This document shows, piece after piece, positions 1 to 13,705 of a stretch of DNA of 64,000 nt. The stretch is taken from NCBI GenBank assembly GCA_002633005.1, contig NMRA01000646.1, positions 1 to 64,000 on the forward strand, written 5' to 3'. Numbering within the stretch: position 1 is the stretch's first letter; each line of letters begins with the position of its first letter. The position numbers and the translations under genes were made by a program. A model generated the notes under the pieces. The model had not been told where the DNA came from, searched no databases, and saw nothing but the letters and a program-made list of their open reading frames with translations. The DNA is from Phoronis australis. Lineage: Eukaryota; Animalia; Phoronida.

Positions 1-99
1 GGGGCTATTCGGAGAATTCTCCTCGCGGTGTCGCTGCTGTACTAGTGGTGATTGAATTGCGCATGCGTGGCTTTCTACATGTAAACAACTGGTAAAAGA

Positions 100-330
100 T
101 GGAATTTTTATCAAAATACGTCGTCGCGCTAAGCCTTATTACTGGTGCAAGTCTTCGACAGGTGGCCACAAATTCCCAAAAGATCTAAGGTTACTATATT
201 CGTGGACAATTGCGGTCAACAGGGTCAACTAACTGACAAAAAGTGTGTGGATGCTGAAGCCCCGTGAGTGCTCTCTATGACTATGTCTATGACTATGCGG
301 TTCCATTCGGAGACTACACAACATTACTTG
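100..330 (+). pseudogene. THAP zinc-finger remnant (transposase N-terminus)
   Basis: Manual translation gives GHKFPKDLRLLYSWTIAVNRVN*LTKSVW, resembling THAP FPKD...W..AV.R...W.P. It is followed by a gtaag donor near 331. Confidence 0.6.
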
Positions 331-1384
331 GTAAGTTTTTAGCAATCAGTTTCTATCAACATCGTTCGGTGATGTTATCCCCACCAGTTACCCCACTGAA
401 TAACAGTTTTATTGAGTGGAACTAAGTGTTTCTTTTTGGAAACTCACCCGATGCCAGGTAGGCTAGCAGCCTCCTAGGTGGGAGTGCTCCCAAAATAAGA
501 GGTGTATGGTACGTGATGCACAGAAGTCAAGAGTGACTTTTTCACAGCAGTTTCTCTTCAAAACTATGCTGTTTCCAATAAAATTCTCTAGATGAGTGAG
601 TTTCCTTATTTTATCGTGGACCCCACCCCCAGGACCACCAGCTCAGTTATCGAATTAACATGAATAAGCCTTAATTCAGTAAATGTCGTAACATTGCATT
701 GGAAAAAAATTGACACCTAGAATGAATTTTACTTGTTGAGATCAGAAGCACATTTTAAGTGTCATGAAAAATACACATTGTTAAATCACTTTTAGCCTGT
801 TTCACATATTTTAATTCAGATATTAAATAAGACTTGGGTACAAAGGTTATTAGTTTCTACACATAAACATGAAGATGAAATGTCAAGTATGTTCTGCCTT
901 ACAAAAGTAGTTTTGTCTTGTCTTTTCTTTTACAATTTGCTAATATTTCTATTCTGTTACAGGCAAGAAAAAACAACTGAAACCAACCGCCTGACCATCT
1001 ATTTCACCGTTGGACAAAGTGAAAAGCAATCCTTCAGCAATAACCTGAGAGAATTGGAACCTAATTCAGTAATTCAGCACCTGATATGCCTGATTATGGA
1101 CTCCCTCGCAATGTTGTTTCTTTCTGTGCTTTTTCAGTTTGCCATTTGTTTTTAAATACACTGATAATTGTTTATTCTCGAATCTTGTGCATAGCAGATT
1201 CTTATCCAGCTAGCTACAATTGAAAACATACAATAAGACAATCGATGCAGTCACTGAATGTCATTTCCCCATAATCTGTACCAAATTGAAAAGTTTTTAC
1301 CAATAGTATAAAGCCTTTCTTCTGAAAGGAAAATTTAATGTCACTCAGCTTTTGGCTTTCATTTCACTGGGTTCTAGTTTCAAT

Positions 1385-3410
1385 GGCCTATAGAAGCGCT
1401 TGTAAAAAAGGTCCAGTTTCAACACGTGGCTTTCTTTCATGTAACCTCATTCAGCCTCAATAACATCCACAATTAGACCCTTGAAGGTAAACACAGCAGC
1501 ATATCACTTGAATCGTTTTGAGCCCAAAATCAGACTCTGAACTAGACCAGAGTGTGACTAGGTCTTCTTTAGCTTCAGTCCCTCATGTTTCTTCCAGGAA
1601 AGGAAATAAGCTATTGTCCACACATGACTCATTGCCTATGAAAGGGCATCCTCACCAACAAGGCTTATTTGTGTAGCAGTCAGATATAGTTCGTCTGGAT
1701 ACACAGACACTCCACTGGCACATTGTCTTATGGTAACTTAGTACTGCGATTCACATTTCTCCAGGGCCACTGACTTGCACATTGTGCCATGCAGCACTGC
1801 TGGTGTGTGGAAGTGCTGTGGGAAGAGAACGGAGTAACAAAGCTTGTCTATGATACAGCTTGAAGTGGTCTTAAAATGTCACTGAACCTGGAACAAATAT
1901 TGAAATATGAATAATTAAGTACTCCAGATTGGATCAAAAATGTTATCCCTGTTTTTCAAAAATATATGGTGATTGGTCTACAGTTTCACATAAAAGTAAA
2001 TAATTACTATTTTCAGAAACCAAGGGTGTATATAATGAGTATTGCATAAAACTGTGTCTTTATTTTTTATCCCTAGCCATAACAATTCTTTAAACGCATC
2101 ACTTGTCTGTAAAATATACAAGTTTTTTGAGACAACTTCAAACCTTTGTTACCCATTTTCAAGCCTTTTTAATTTTGATACTTTCAGCAATTTTAAACTC
2201 AGATTACAGGTTCATGGGTCTGTCAAGCATACTTCTAGCCTAAGGTTGAGGGAACCGTTTTTCTTCTAATAGAAGATATGAAGACTTGGGTCATTTAAAA
2301 ATGATGGATAATCTTTCTGTTGTTTAAGAGTAATTACAAATCGTAAGGCACCATCAAAAATGCAATTTTCACAAAAATGGCAGTCATTTGAATTTATAAC
2401 GACTTGCAACATTTCAAGGCATGAGTTAAGACTATTCAGTCACTGTGAATTCGGAAAATGTAATATATTTTCGTGGTTTTACAATTGATACAAGTAGCAA
2501 AACAGTTTCATGAAATCAACTTGAAGGGACTTCGTGAAGGTTAAGAATTACCTCACCATGCTCTTTTCCCCAAACATGTATTACCTGTTATTTCCACACA
2601 TTCAGTTGTACCAAATATTACAACCCCCCATGCCAATCCCCCCTCAGGACCTGAATAAGTAATTTAACAAAATGACTTTAAAAATAGCTGTTCCTTTTCA
2701 AAGGCTTTGTTCGTTGTCTCCAATATTGAAAGTAGGCTTTGACAACAGATCTGCACTGGATGGGAAGATCTTGTTGGTTAGCTGCAGTCAAATGCTAAAA
2801 ACCAATTTTTGTCCATTCAGGGACGGTGCAGAAGCGATGCATATCTCCTCTGCACGGTACAAGCCTTCAAACCTAAAAACCAAAGGTTACGTGAAAACTG
2901 ACGTGATAGATTTCCATTTCAACGTGTAATAGATTTCCAGAAGACATATGATAGGGAGTAAACAAATAGTCTAATGCAATGGATATTTATCACTCACGTA
3001 CCCTTTGCCATTGGGATTGGATTGTAATCTTAACTCATTAACCTGTATCGAGTTGACAGCATAAACATTCAGCATTGATTGATGTAACTGTCACTGATAA
3101 ACTTTTAGAAATCATTCCAAACAATAATAATGCTTTGATGTACGAAAAGATCCCGATTGCTACGTCAAGTATCGTATCACATATCACAACATACAAAGAT
3201 TAACCAGACTCTGGCTGGCGACTGACTGCCGCGAAGTCGACATCGGCGAGTGCCTCAGTTAACAGGCATCGGTAGAATAATCATGGAATAATCGTTAAAA
3301 TAATCACAAACCTTACCTTTGTATGAGGTCGTGCTTACTTCCTCTCATAGAAGCACCCTTTTTACGCAATCTCAGATTCAGTTGGCACGGCTGCAAGCCA
3401 TTTCACCATG
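1385..3410 (-). pseudogene. SAP + YqaJ (lambda-exonuclease-like) protein remnant of the ISL2EU element
   Basis: Minus strand ~3390-3317 gives LRLRKKGASMRGSKHDLIQR (SAP-like) followed by a gtaag donor. About 1887-1390 gives HTPAVLHG...ELYLTAT..LVGED, CPF, GLKLKKT...KLDLFYKRFYRP, with stops and frameshifts. Confidence 0.65.
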
Positions 3411-4825
3411 TATTTAAAGGGCTCGCGAAATCGAGGCTGTTAATCTATCACCACTAGTACACGCACGCCCTCTAGTTATTGTAGATTTTCCGAATAGCCC
3501 CATTCAAGCACAACAGTTTTGTATCAATTGGAGTATGAACACGAAATTTATGAATTATTTTGAAGTAAACAAATTCAGAGAATTGGGGTGCGTCTTGAAT
3601 GAAATGAAGGGAAAATATGATAGGAATGTCAGAAGATGACTGCGGGTTTGTTTAAAAGATAGCCATACTTTGAGATAGTTTGTAGATGAAGAGAGAATGG
3701 TTAAATACAGTAATTAATTTATTATCTGATAACCACTAAGTGAGGTCTGTGGTGAATTAAGAAACTTCTAATATTGAAGAAGGCTACGCGGCTAGCACCC
3801 TCTGTAAGGTTTACTTCAATCAATTAATCAAAATAATCAAACATCTGCTATCCAAACTCAGTGTAGGACTCAACACTTGTTGGATGACAGTCATGTTGGT
3901 GAATCTTAAAACTAACACACACTGTACTGCAACAGTGTACTTGCTGGTCACAGTCTTTTGTGCCGACGCAACACTTGCAGGCAATATCTTCAACCCACGA
4001 TTCCTCTTGATGGTCACAGTCTCTGGTGAAGCAAAACTAGCCTACGTGTAGGCAGTGTCCTACTACCTACGATGCAAGTGGCAGGCACTTAGTTAACTTC
4101 CTCTTCGTTAACCCTTGCCCTTGCCAAGATCCTCTTTAGAATCTTCCATAAGATGGCTCTGTTACATAATTTCTTGTGTACATTGCAGCAAGTCTTCTTG
4201 CTTCAACTACTTAATCCCAAGTGAGTATTTTCAAGACGTCTGCCCAAACTATAATAATGTGCTTACTGTACCTAACTATTGGATAATAAAAAAACACATG
4301 ATCTGATCATTGGCTGTTATGATTTGCTCTTAGAAACTTCTAGAAACTTTAAAGTGCATTGACAACTGAACCAATGTAGTAAACATCATCTAAAAATAGA
4401 TCTTGAAGTCAAAAATACATGTAAACAAGTTTGACCCCATGGTTTAAAAGTACGTATGTCAAATTTTAGGCAACTTAAATGGAACTATGTGTACCAATTA
4501 CTTAAATCAATATTTATTCTGAGAAGGAACAGTCATCTAAGACGTAAATGCGTTTCCACAGGGCCTTAAACTTTGAAGAGATCGCAGTGCAATTTATTCC
4601 AAAGTATGAATTGCACGGGAAATTGGTTGCACAATCTTGTCTTTTTGTGTGCACACGATGATGTCGCACGGAAACAGACTAATGTTGCGCCGATTGAGCG
4701 TGTTATGGATAATGTACCCAACGCTATCCTGTTTATTATCAACTCTTACTCAAATTGCGCACAAAAGCGTGCTAAAAAGTAGTTCATTTCCTACAAATTT
4801 GGTCGCTGAGATGCGCAGTCAATGN

Positions 4826-6076
4826 CAGATAAAGTGGTCATTTATACCGAAACGAGCCCCGTGGTTTGGAGGGTTCTACGAAAGACTCATTGGTGTTACA
4901 ACATCAGTCATCAAGAAGGTACTTGGCCGCGCATGTGTATCCTACGATGAACTCTCAACCATCCTAACAGAAGCAGAGATGATTATCAACAACATGCCAC
5001 TCACATACATGTCAAATGATGCGGACGATCTACAACCTATAACCCCATCTCATCTACTGCATGGACGAATCATCTCTCCACTGCCGCACAACTATGTCAC
5101 AGACGAGGAAATCCTCGACCCTGATTACACAGTGACCCCCAGATCAACTTAGCAGACGCTTCAAACTCCTAGACAACGTATTTCGCAATTTCTGGACACG
5201 CTGGAAACATGAGTATCTGCCGGTACTGCGAGAAAGACACGCACAGACGAAAGGGAACAACCAGCAATGCAACAGAATTCAAGTCGGTGATGTTGTCATC
5301 ATTCACATGGATGATGAAAAACGTGTTTCGTGGCCCTTAGCTAAGGTCATACAGTTACACTTCGGTGCTGATGGCCTTGTGCGTTCAGCAACAGTGAGAA
5401 CCGGCAACAGAGTTACGAATCGTCTACTAGCCAAGCTTTATCCACTGGAGGTAAATGACGCCACTGACGATGGAGACCGACCACTCGCCCTGGAGATGGA
5501 GACCCAAACCACTGCAACTTCCCGACCAGTACGGAATGCAGCAAGGCAAGCCATACAGAAGATACGAAATTGTTTTAAGGACTAATTACCTCTATTTAGT
5601 GAGACATGCATATTTATATTCCAATTAGTTATAGTTACCGTTTTCTGTTGATTGTTTGTTTTAGTATCTAGACATGTATTTTTCTTTAGTACTTTGCCAT
5701 TTTTTCGGCCGCCCGGGGAGTGTCACGGATTTCCGTAATTTGTTTTGACACTTCGCCCATCAGCTGATTCATACTGACCAGAACCAGATGTGTCTCAGCT
5801 CAAATGTCCAGCCATACGTCACAGATAGTTTGTTTACTACAGAGTTCCTTCAACTCCGGAATTGGTTACGTAACAATCTGCCTTATTTGGTCTAGCTTCC
5901 TTGTGACGTCGAATCATTTATAAGAATTGTTTTGTATTATAGTTTAGTCATTTCCTTAGTATTAGCCCACGTGTCATAGTTATTTTGTCAATGATTGTGT
6001 ATATAAATGACTTAGAGTGCAGAATAAAATCAGTTGCCATTTATTCAGCACAACGACACGACTTGTTATTTGGACA
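4826..6076 (+). mobile_element. BEL/Pao LTR retrotransposon 3' fragment (integrase, DUF5641, PPT, 3' LTR 5721-6076)
   Basis: IKWSFIPKRAPWFGGFYERLIG...PITPSHLLHG, then after a frameshift FWTRWKHEYLPVLRERH and WPLAKVIQLHFGADGLVRSATVRT...KLYPLE. A purine tract ccggggag precedes TGT at 5721; AATAAA and a terminal CA follow near 6076. The left edge is the single-N join at 4825. Confidence 0.88.
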
Positions 6077-6435
6077 GGTTCACTGCTGAACTGTCTAGTT
6101 ATCACCACTTTGTATCTACCGACACTGCAAGGCAACTCACACGGCGAACCCCTATACTACATAGCCAGAATTTCCCCACACTATCCTATCCTTCTCCAAA
6201 CTGATACTAGGCTCTAGAAAGTATGACGCTTTTATAATATTTTGCTGGAATCTACTAAAATTTTCAAGCATTCTGTTGTATCCGAATTACATCAGCAATG
6301 GCCTGACCTCTTGGGTTATGACAACCACGTACATGTACTACCTGCCAGTAAACGAATAGAACAGCACAATAAAACTTATAGAACTACAATCAGTATCAGA
6401 CTACTACTGACAACGTTATCATAGAAAGTTATTAA

Positions 6436-9400
6436 AGTGTCCCCTACAATGGATATTTGCAATTTTTGAGGTTCTAAATCGTGTATGATGATTTTATAGC
6501 ACGAAATCTAACTAGATATGCGCTTATAGTAGGGAAACATTGAGGAATTTTGAGTTTTAAAGAAAAAAAATGATGATTTTTTGGCTTCCCGCCTCGTGAT
6601 GTCATCAGTGGACAGAATATATGCAATGGCAGGTAGTTGTGATTTTGTAAGTTACGAAGACCTAGAGAGCAGACTTGACGGGTATTAAGAATACAAGTAT
6701 GGAGACAGGGTGAAGACGATACTCAGGCCATAAGTAAAACAGGTAATGGGTAGGACCTCGCCATAGCGACAGACTGCGTGTTTGAGGACATACGAACTCA
6801 ACCCTCCCGCTTAACGGTGTATTCGGCGAGTGAATCTGAGTCGAAATCCAGTCAGTCTGCGGACTGTTCTGATTACAGAATGGTAATTAAAACCTGTTAT
6901 TGAATCACGATTTAATTTTCTAACCACATTAGTGTCAAATAATATGTATCTCGAACTATAAATCAAACCGAAGCTTTTACACACTGACTGGCAAAGCCCA
7001 CTTCTGTCATTTCTTCGAATGCCGAGTGCGTTTGTCAGGAACGATGATATATAATTATAGTGATGCTAACTAGATTTTATTTATAGTAAATGATATTAGT
7101 TTCTGTCTTGTCTGTTCCAAAATTATGAAAAGTTTGTACCGTTATGATTCGTTGATTATTTAGGTCCAGTGTCCGCCTCTGCCTTGCGGGCTGCGATCGT
7201 GACCTCTTTTCCAATGAACTATTGTACACTCTAATCCAATGAAATGACTCAAATCGTTCCAAAATACGATTTATTAAGTGAACATACTGTACGAACACAC
7301 GAAAAATGAACCTTAAGGTATAATTTAACTACAACACTCAATTTAATTGAAACACCCGGTAACCAATAAAACGGAGGAACTATGATGCCAACACAAAACA
7401 GAGCAAAACTATCTAACCACACGTTGATAATTATACAGACCAAGAGTCGCAGAAACCCTAGAAACAGTTCTTCTATTTGGCACATCAGTTTACGATACCT
7501 GCTCTGAAGTTATATAACTGATTATATTTGGCGCCAAAATTCGAACATTATTGTTCTGCACAATGGCAGTCAAATGAGGCAGTCTTTGCGACTTCTTTGC
7601 TCTGCAAAACACACTTTTCATGAGGCGGAGTCTCCATAAGCTTTAATTTGTATTAATTGTTCTTTTGTCTTACTACTACTACAAAATTGGTCTCAACTTG
7701 TTCCTTAGTCGGATAAAAAGCGATTTTTGAGTTCGCAAAAGCTAACACCTCGTTATTCCTCGAAACCATGTTAGACGCTTAAAATTACATTGAAAAGCGG
7801 ACAGTCGCCGCACAAATAAAATAGTTCATGTTCATTATTTGTGCGGCGATTGTCCGTTTTTTAATTTTACTATGGCCAAAAAGTGATATAACATATGCCG
7901 TGACACATCAACTAGAGCTCGGTCTACTGCAAGTTCTTTCGAAGTACTGAAGTGGCCTCTAAGTCCACTACAGAACAATTTAAAACCAATTTCATAACCG
8001 TCATGTAAATTGTCAAAATCAAAAGTTATTTTTATAATAGAAGGCGAACTTGCAGCCGTTTTTAATATGTAAACCACAATTACACGTAGTTCCCAGTTAA
8101 ACCTGGTATTCATATTTCAGAATATTTTTGTGATTAACACAGTGATTGCATGAACCAATCTTGCAATAAAATGGCACACGCGTGATGCACTTAGTGACGT
8201 TGTATTACGTCATATACGTCATAATATACTTTATTAAATAAGCTAATTAGTACATTACATTCTAAAAGGTTAGCTTACATGTATATTACATTATTCTAAA
8301 CTAAATTCTATTACACGACATTGCATGCACTTCACATTAATTATATAGAAACGTCACAATGTATCCAATGTAGCTCAAGAGGGAGACTCGAACAATGGCG
8401 CATCTGTAACTTTCTGGAACTCTAAAATTACAATAAGCGTGGGCCTACTTCTTGCATCGAGTGACATATAAAATGGAACCTGAATTTATATCAAATAAGT
8501 CATGGCGGATGTTTGCTTAGAGTTGCACATGTACTTTTGAAATGATAATAACTAAAAAACAGTTGCCAGGTGACCCACTCACTGACTAACCGCTATCTTG
8601 AGTAAAGCCTTGTGTTCGACTGGCAGACGCGAACGCTGTTCATTTTAGGAAACAGAATTGGAAACATTATTTGAGTTATTCGGAGCACCTCGGGTATATT
8701 CATAGCCTAAAAATATCTCTTCAGAGGTTAATGTTATTTGCTCATGTGCGAACTTCAGTCACACGGCTAATTGAGCCTCGTTTGAATGTTACATGATTCG
8801 CCCGCCGTGTAACTGAACTCCACGCATATGCAGAATCGTTATAATTGGAGAAGAGAAGACGTGTTTGAAGACGTTCTTTGTAACATTGACTTAATACCAG
8901 AAAAAACCGCAGTTAGAATAAGTTACTCAGCGTAATTAGACTGCGGGCCCCTTGCTACAAAAGTATGATGATCTGCGATTAATATTCCTCGCTGGTTCCC
9001 TGCATGTACATAACACGCTGGTATCATTCAGTTGCACGCGCTTTACCACTAGTTGCTGTAACCTCGGCAGTCATTGGTTAGGTTTACAACAAAGAAAGAA
9101 AATGGCGGACTTTGAACGATTTTTAGCCTTGTCATGCAAGTGGTGTAACAACTATTTCGTTCCTGCAGTAATGTTTAATAGCCTCGCGCTTAAAGCACAT
9201 GCATGTGCAATAAACACACTTCTGGCCGATTTGACTGGTGTGTTATTCATACTGTGTGAATACAGCACATCGACGTAAACAAAAGTCAAAGACAGTAGAA
9301 AGATGCACTCTGAAAAGGCGCAACCACATTTTTCTGGGATTCACATTTCTTGAACATGAACTAAGCACCGAGTTGTCTACAACAGATGACATTTACACTT

Positions 9401-9740
9401 CCTCCATCAGTCGTGCAAGTTTGTTTGCCTAGAGCGCTAACTGTTGAGAATTCGACCAGTCAACCAGAAACGCCGGTGTAAAAAAATTCCCGATGAAAAT
9501 TTAATGATACTTGCGTGTTCTCTACCACCTAGCCACACGCGGGGAACCATTGAGCCAAAATCCTTCTTGTCAGTCAGCTGTTTGTTGGAAGACTGTGAGC
9601 GCATGCGCTCATTTATCCTAAGTGGGAGGAAGATTAGAAACTCTGACAGCGGTGGCTAAAATTTTTTTACTTCGCAAGTATCTCAAAAATCGTGAATTTT
9701 GTGATATTTCGTGGAAATTTCATTCGTAGAGGAAAGTAAA
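6436..9740. mobile_element. Heavily degraded Kolobok-like DNA transposon (KolX remnant on +, possible THAP remnant on -)
   Basis: TTAA|AG left end at 6432-6437 with only a loose inverted match near 9680-9740. The + strand gives ..ITE-W split by a phase-2 gt intron at 6882/6883 and ECVCQE at 7024-7041 (KolX-like). The - strand gives GIFLHR and ..TVFDF at ~9550-9280 (THAP-like). The right boundary is uncertain. Confidence 0.45.
7791..7864. repeat. Hairpin inverted repeat (~27-bp arms)
   Basis: aaaagcggacagtcgccgcacaaataa ... ttatttgtgcggcgattgtccgttttt. Confidence 0.8.
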
Positions 9741-11004
9741 TAATTCTGCAGTAGACGATGCCAGATGGTACTTTGGCCAGGAATTGTTTAAAAGATATTT
9801 TTCAAGAGTTAAAGGCTACACGTTAAACGCGAACGCGTGAGGTCGGCATTCTTTCCTACGTCACAATGTTAATGTACATTTCGCGTTCAGTCTTGTCACA
9901 CGGACGGTATCAGCGTGAAGAGACCTGATCCAGCGTAAGTACACAAAGTTAGTTTTAATTGTCGATTTATCAAAAAAGATGGTGAAAGTTATGCAAAGTG
10001 TAGTCACCAGGGATGCGATGAAGCTTAATGCATGTGTGTAACTCGGGTAAATGTTTGAAATATAACATTGTTTTCTGAAACCATCGTTGCGCTGCCAATT
10101 GTTTATGAAAAACCCTAGTACTCTGGTGGTTATCGGTGACCCATTAACAAAATACAATAATTTTATACCTAAGATATTGATTGTTCTCTCCGGGGACAGA
10201 AATATGATGTCACCGCGGTCAAAGCTTTGATCCCCTCTTCCTGGTCGCCACCTAATTCCCGCACCGGCACTCTTCCCCCTGTTCGCATTTAACGTGTGAC
10301 CGAAGCTCTTTCACCATGCGCTCACCCAGCCTTCACCATGGGGGGGGGCAAATTTCTGACGTTGTGGACCTTTTGCTAACAAAAGAGCGGACGGACTAAA
10401 GAAAAAAAAAAAACGGGAGCATCACTGCGAATAGCGCGTTTGCACTTATTTAGGGACTTTGTTCCATTTTGTCGGACTTTAGGGGCGGACCTTTTTGCCG
10501 CCGGGAGCCACCCTGGGTGCGCGCATGGGAACACAGCGCATACGCGAATGTGAATCTGTGACCTCTGTTGATACACATGTTCGGGCTCGCTCGTGCAGCC
10601 GAAACTGTCTATTATCAGCTAAGAAAAGGGATTTTCTGAAATCAGCCAGATTCGAACCTCAAAACCCTTGCGGTCGTAACTTAACGCTCTGCTGGGGGAG
10701 TTAAACACCCCTGACTCGAAAAATGATTCATCATGGCAAGTATATATAACTGCTTTTAGCAAATGTTTGTCAGACAACGGAGAAAATTGGAAGTTTGAAT
10801 AAAATTACAAACACACAACGGTTTTCGTTGTTTTATAGCTTTGATCAAAGCCAACTGCAGGAAGTCTATTCCAACAATAGTCTAAAAATGCGTTTTTGAG
10901 CTGTAAAACCTCTGTAATGCCTCTTTTTAAGCTCCTTTGTCTCAAAAATGCTTTCCAAAACTGGAACCCTTCATGTGTCTTTTCTTCAAATTTTTGGACT
11001 ATGG

Positions 11005-12178
11005 TTACTTGTGTACAGTTTCTTCTTGATTGGTCGAGACCGTTCGATCGCGGACTCCCGCTGTCTGTTTGGGATCTGGCTCTTTCGATAACTTCACACG
11101 AGAAGAGGTTACGTTCAGACAGGGGCAAAATGTGTTGCAAAATGTTGATCTTAAGTTGGACCCAGTGCAGCAATAGGTGACAAAATTAATCGGAGAATTC
11201 AGCAACGATAACATGCCAAATAGGTAAATGTAGAAGTACACTCTTAAATCAAGCGGATTGCCCAGCGTAACGACCTGGACATGGACAGCTGTGAATGCGC
11301 CAAGGGGAATTTCGATGCAAAGGGTGGAGGTCATTATTGCAACTAGCATGACTGTGGTGCGGTTGCTGGAAGACCTCAGCGACCTCTGCCGGCTGTTGCT
11401 CACCGGCAGAACTCCTTTGTTGACGCCCCGAAGTCGTTTTTCGAAGCGCATTTCACGGATTAGAAAAACATTTAAAAGAAACAGCGTTACAATTGATATA
11501 AAATTCTGGAAAAGACTATTTACTACAAAGTAAGTAAAGATGTAGCTGGATGGATCGCTTATCCACGGTTCGATTTTTTCAATGCATCCAGTCACTAAAA
11601 CTGATGAGTTTTGTCTTGAGCGAAGGATCAGAGGCTCAACACTGGAGTCAAAGAAACGAGAACAATTAACAAAGAGACCCAATAGAAGTGCAATAAAACT
11701 CAACCCCATTGCGAACTTCTTGGTTACCAGATAACTTTGAAAAGGTTTGCGAACGACAAAACATCTTAGGGTGGCCATAAAAATTGTGGTCCATAGCGAG
11801 GCTATGTGCAAAGCTGACGGAAGGCGTGTTAGCGTAAGCTTGAAAGTTAAACACCATTCGTGCGGCACCCAGTCAACATTACTCTAGAGTGTACAATGAA
11901 ACAAACATTGATTGACTAACTATGCAAGAGGCCCAGTCAAACAATGACATCGAGCTTAACATCAAATTGTTTGGGGTAACCTTCTTCGACAGAACAAAGA
12001 AGAATATCATATTTGTCAAAATGGTGACAGCGCCTAGAGACGGGAATAGGTACCCCTAGAGGAACAGGTCAATCCCAGCGATATAATTTGGTGGGGCCAA
12101 CGAGTTTGACGTAGTGTTCGCCAACTTCCTGCTGTGGAATATGCGCAGCGGACTGCCAGTTCCACTTTCGTCCGCCAT
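11005..12178 (-). pseudogene. Intronless rhodopsin-class GPCR, sex-peptide/MIP-receptor-like, disabled by one stop and one frameshift
   Basis: aacATGG start at 12178: MADESG...DLFL*GYLFPSLGAVTILTNMIFFFVLS (TM1), TPNNLMLSSMSLFDW...LYTL (TM2). In-frame TAG at 12056-12058 and a frameshift near 11880 lead into DWVPHEWC...LPSALHIASLWTTIFMATLRC (TM3), RTTVMLVAI..EIP (TM6) and NSPINFVTYC (TM7). Stop at 11005. Confidence 0.85.
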
Positions 12179-13638
12179 GTTAGAGACGTCTCTACAAACA
12201 ATGGAAACGAGTTGAAATCTACGACATACATGTAATCGTTCTCGTTCAAGAATGCGTAAATATAAAGTATACACATTAAACTTCGTAGTAAAATTCGGTG
12301 CTCAAAATGTGTGTACCGAGGACCTTCCAAGGCAACCCTCTTCAAGAAAGAACCCCCTTGTAGATTACATGGCTTTGACACAGACGGTGCTTCTAACGGG
12401 TCACATACACAGGGAATGGGGACAAGATGGCATTATTGTCTCAATGTTCGTTCATTAAGGTAATTCTCAACCTTTGTGAATGAAGCCATTTCTCCTCTCA
12501 TGACGTTTTATCTCTCTACTTTCAACTCTTGGAATTCTGTATTTTTCTGAGTCCTCAAAGAGTTGCTAATGTGAATCTATGTCTTAAAATGTCACTGTAG
12601 TTTACTATGACACGGAAGGCATGTATTCAAAGATGTCCCATTGAAACTTAACTGTTGAGAATATCGTGTATGAAATGTACGTTCTTTCAATCTACTCAAT
12701 GAAACAGTCTCAGACTTGATTTACGCTCAAATAGCGAAGCTATCGTTTTAATAGACGTCCCAAGTTTTCATAGCTCAGTTGATATAATCCCCAATCTGAG
12801 ACATGGATCCCATGGTTATTTCGTTCGGATAACTGGGAGTGAGCTCACGAAATCTTAACTTATGCTACGGTCACATATCGGGCGATGCATGACCGATCCC
12901 GTCGTTCGAGTTCTATTGGGAGTCCCTGCCTTTTATCGCTAGTATATATCTGCCTTTTTGTTAAATAACTTATCTAGTACTTAGAATAATATGTCGTGAA
13001 AGACTACGACCAGTGGCCAAATGTAATGTTGTTTACCAATTCACAGGTCATATGGACGAATGTCTTCGTCCTCATTCTCGTGAACAGCGTTGGATACACG
13101 GTGTGTTCTCTCTCACGACGGTTGTCCATGCACTTGCCGGGGGATCCATTCAAGATCACTTTGTACACCAACATGGCCGAAAAATAACTAGGCGGGAAAT
13201 AGTAGACAATACCATCTTTCGCTATGGTGAAAGACAAGTGACGTATTTCGGCTAAAGATTTTGGAATCGCTATTGATAAGTCATGAAAAACCTGCGTTGA
13301 ATGAACGGCTCACATGTGTGTATCGCACGATGGCTCTGTTTCTATAGAGTTACGGGCTTTTTACCGTGTGTTGCTTTCACACTCTCTGCTTGTATGCCGT
13401 CTCGTGTATGTCACTGTTTATTTCGCTCTGTATATGTTTATTCCACTCATTGCCTGAAGATGTGACAAGAAGTAACGAAACATAACTGCTGCTTTATTTG
13501 TTTGTTTGTTATGTCTCTCGGTCTTTTACTTCATACCTGCACACCAAAAGAAAGGAGACTGTTCCGAAATTACCAACGTGCCAGTATTAACCTTGCTAAC
13601 AAAAGGTCTAGTCGTGTCTTTAACGAAGTCTACATATA

Positions 13639-13687
<49 letters not shown>

Positions 13688-13705
13688 GCGTGTGCGTGTG
13701 TGTGT
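13639..13705. repeat. (GT)n microsatellite with GTGC variants
   Basis: Visible TG dinucleotide run. Confidence 0.95.

Larger units (their letters stand above)
1..3501. mobile_element. ISL2EU-like (PIF/Harbinger-related) DNA transposon, degenerate, internally deleted
   Basis: Perfect 13-bp terminal inverted repeat GGGGCTATTCGGA (1-13 and 3489-3501), a subterminal GTACTAGTGGTGAT at both ends, and AT directly after the right end (ISL2EU makes AT TSDs; the left flank is outside the window). The + strand has a THAP remnant and the - strand has SAP and YqaJ remnants, the convergent two-gene layout of ISL2EU. No DDE core was recognised. Confidence 0.8.

Noticed and set aside
4637-5152. 171-aa ORF looking like a novel N-terminus fused to integrase
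   Set aside because: It reads through the single-N scaffold join at 4825; only the part after the N is BEL integrase.
12996-13255. Protein-like ORF fragments upstream of the GPCR, considered as its first exon
   Set aside because: TM1-TM2 are already contiguous at 12178-11880, and no family was recognisable in either strand.
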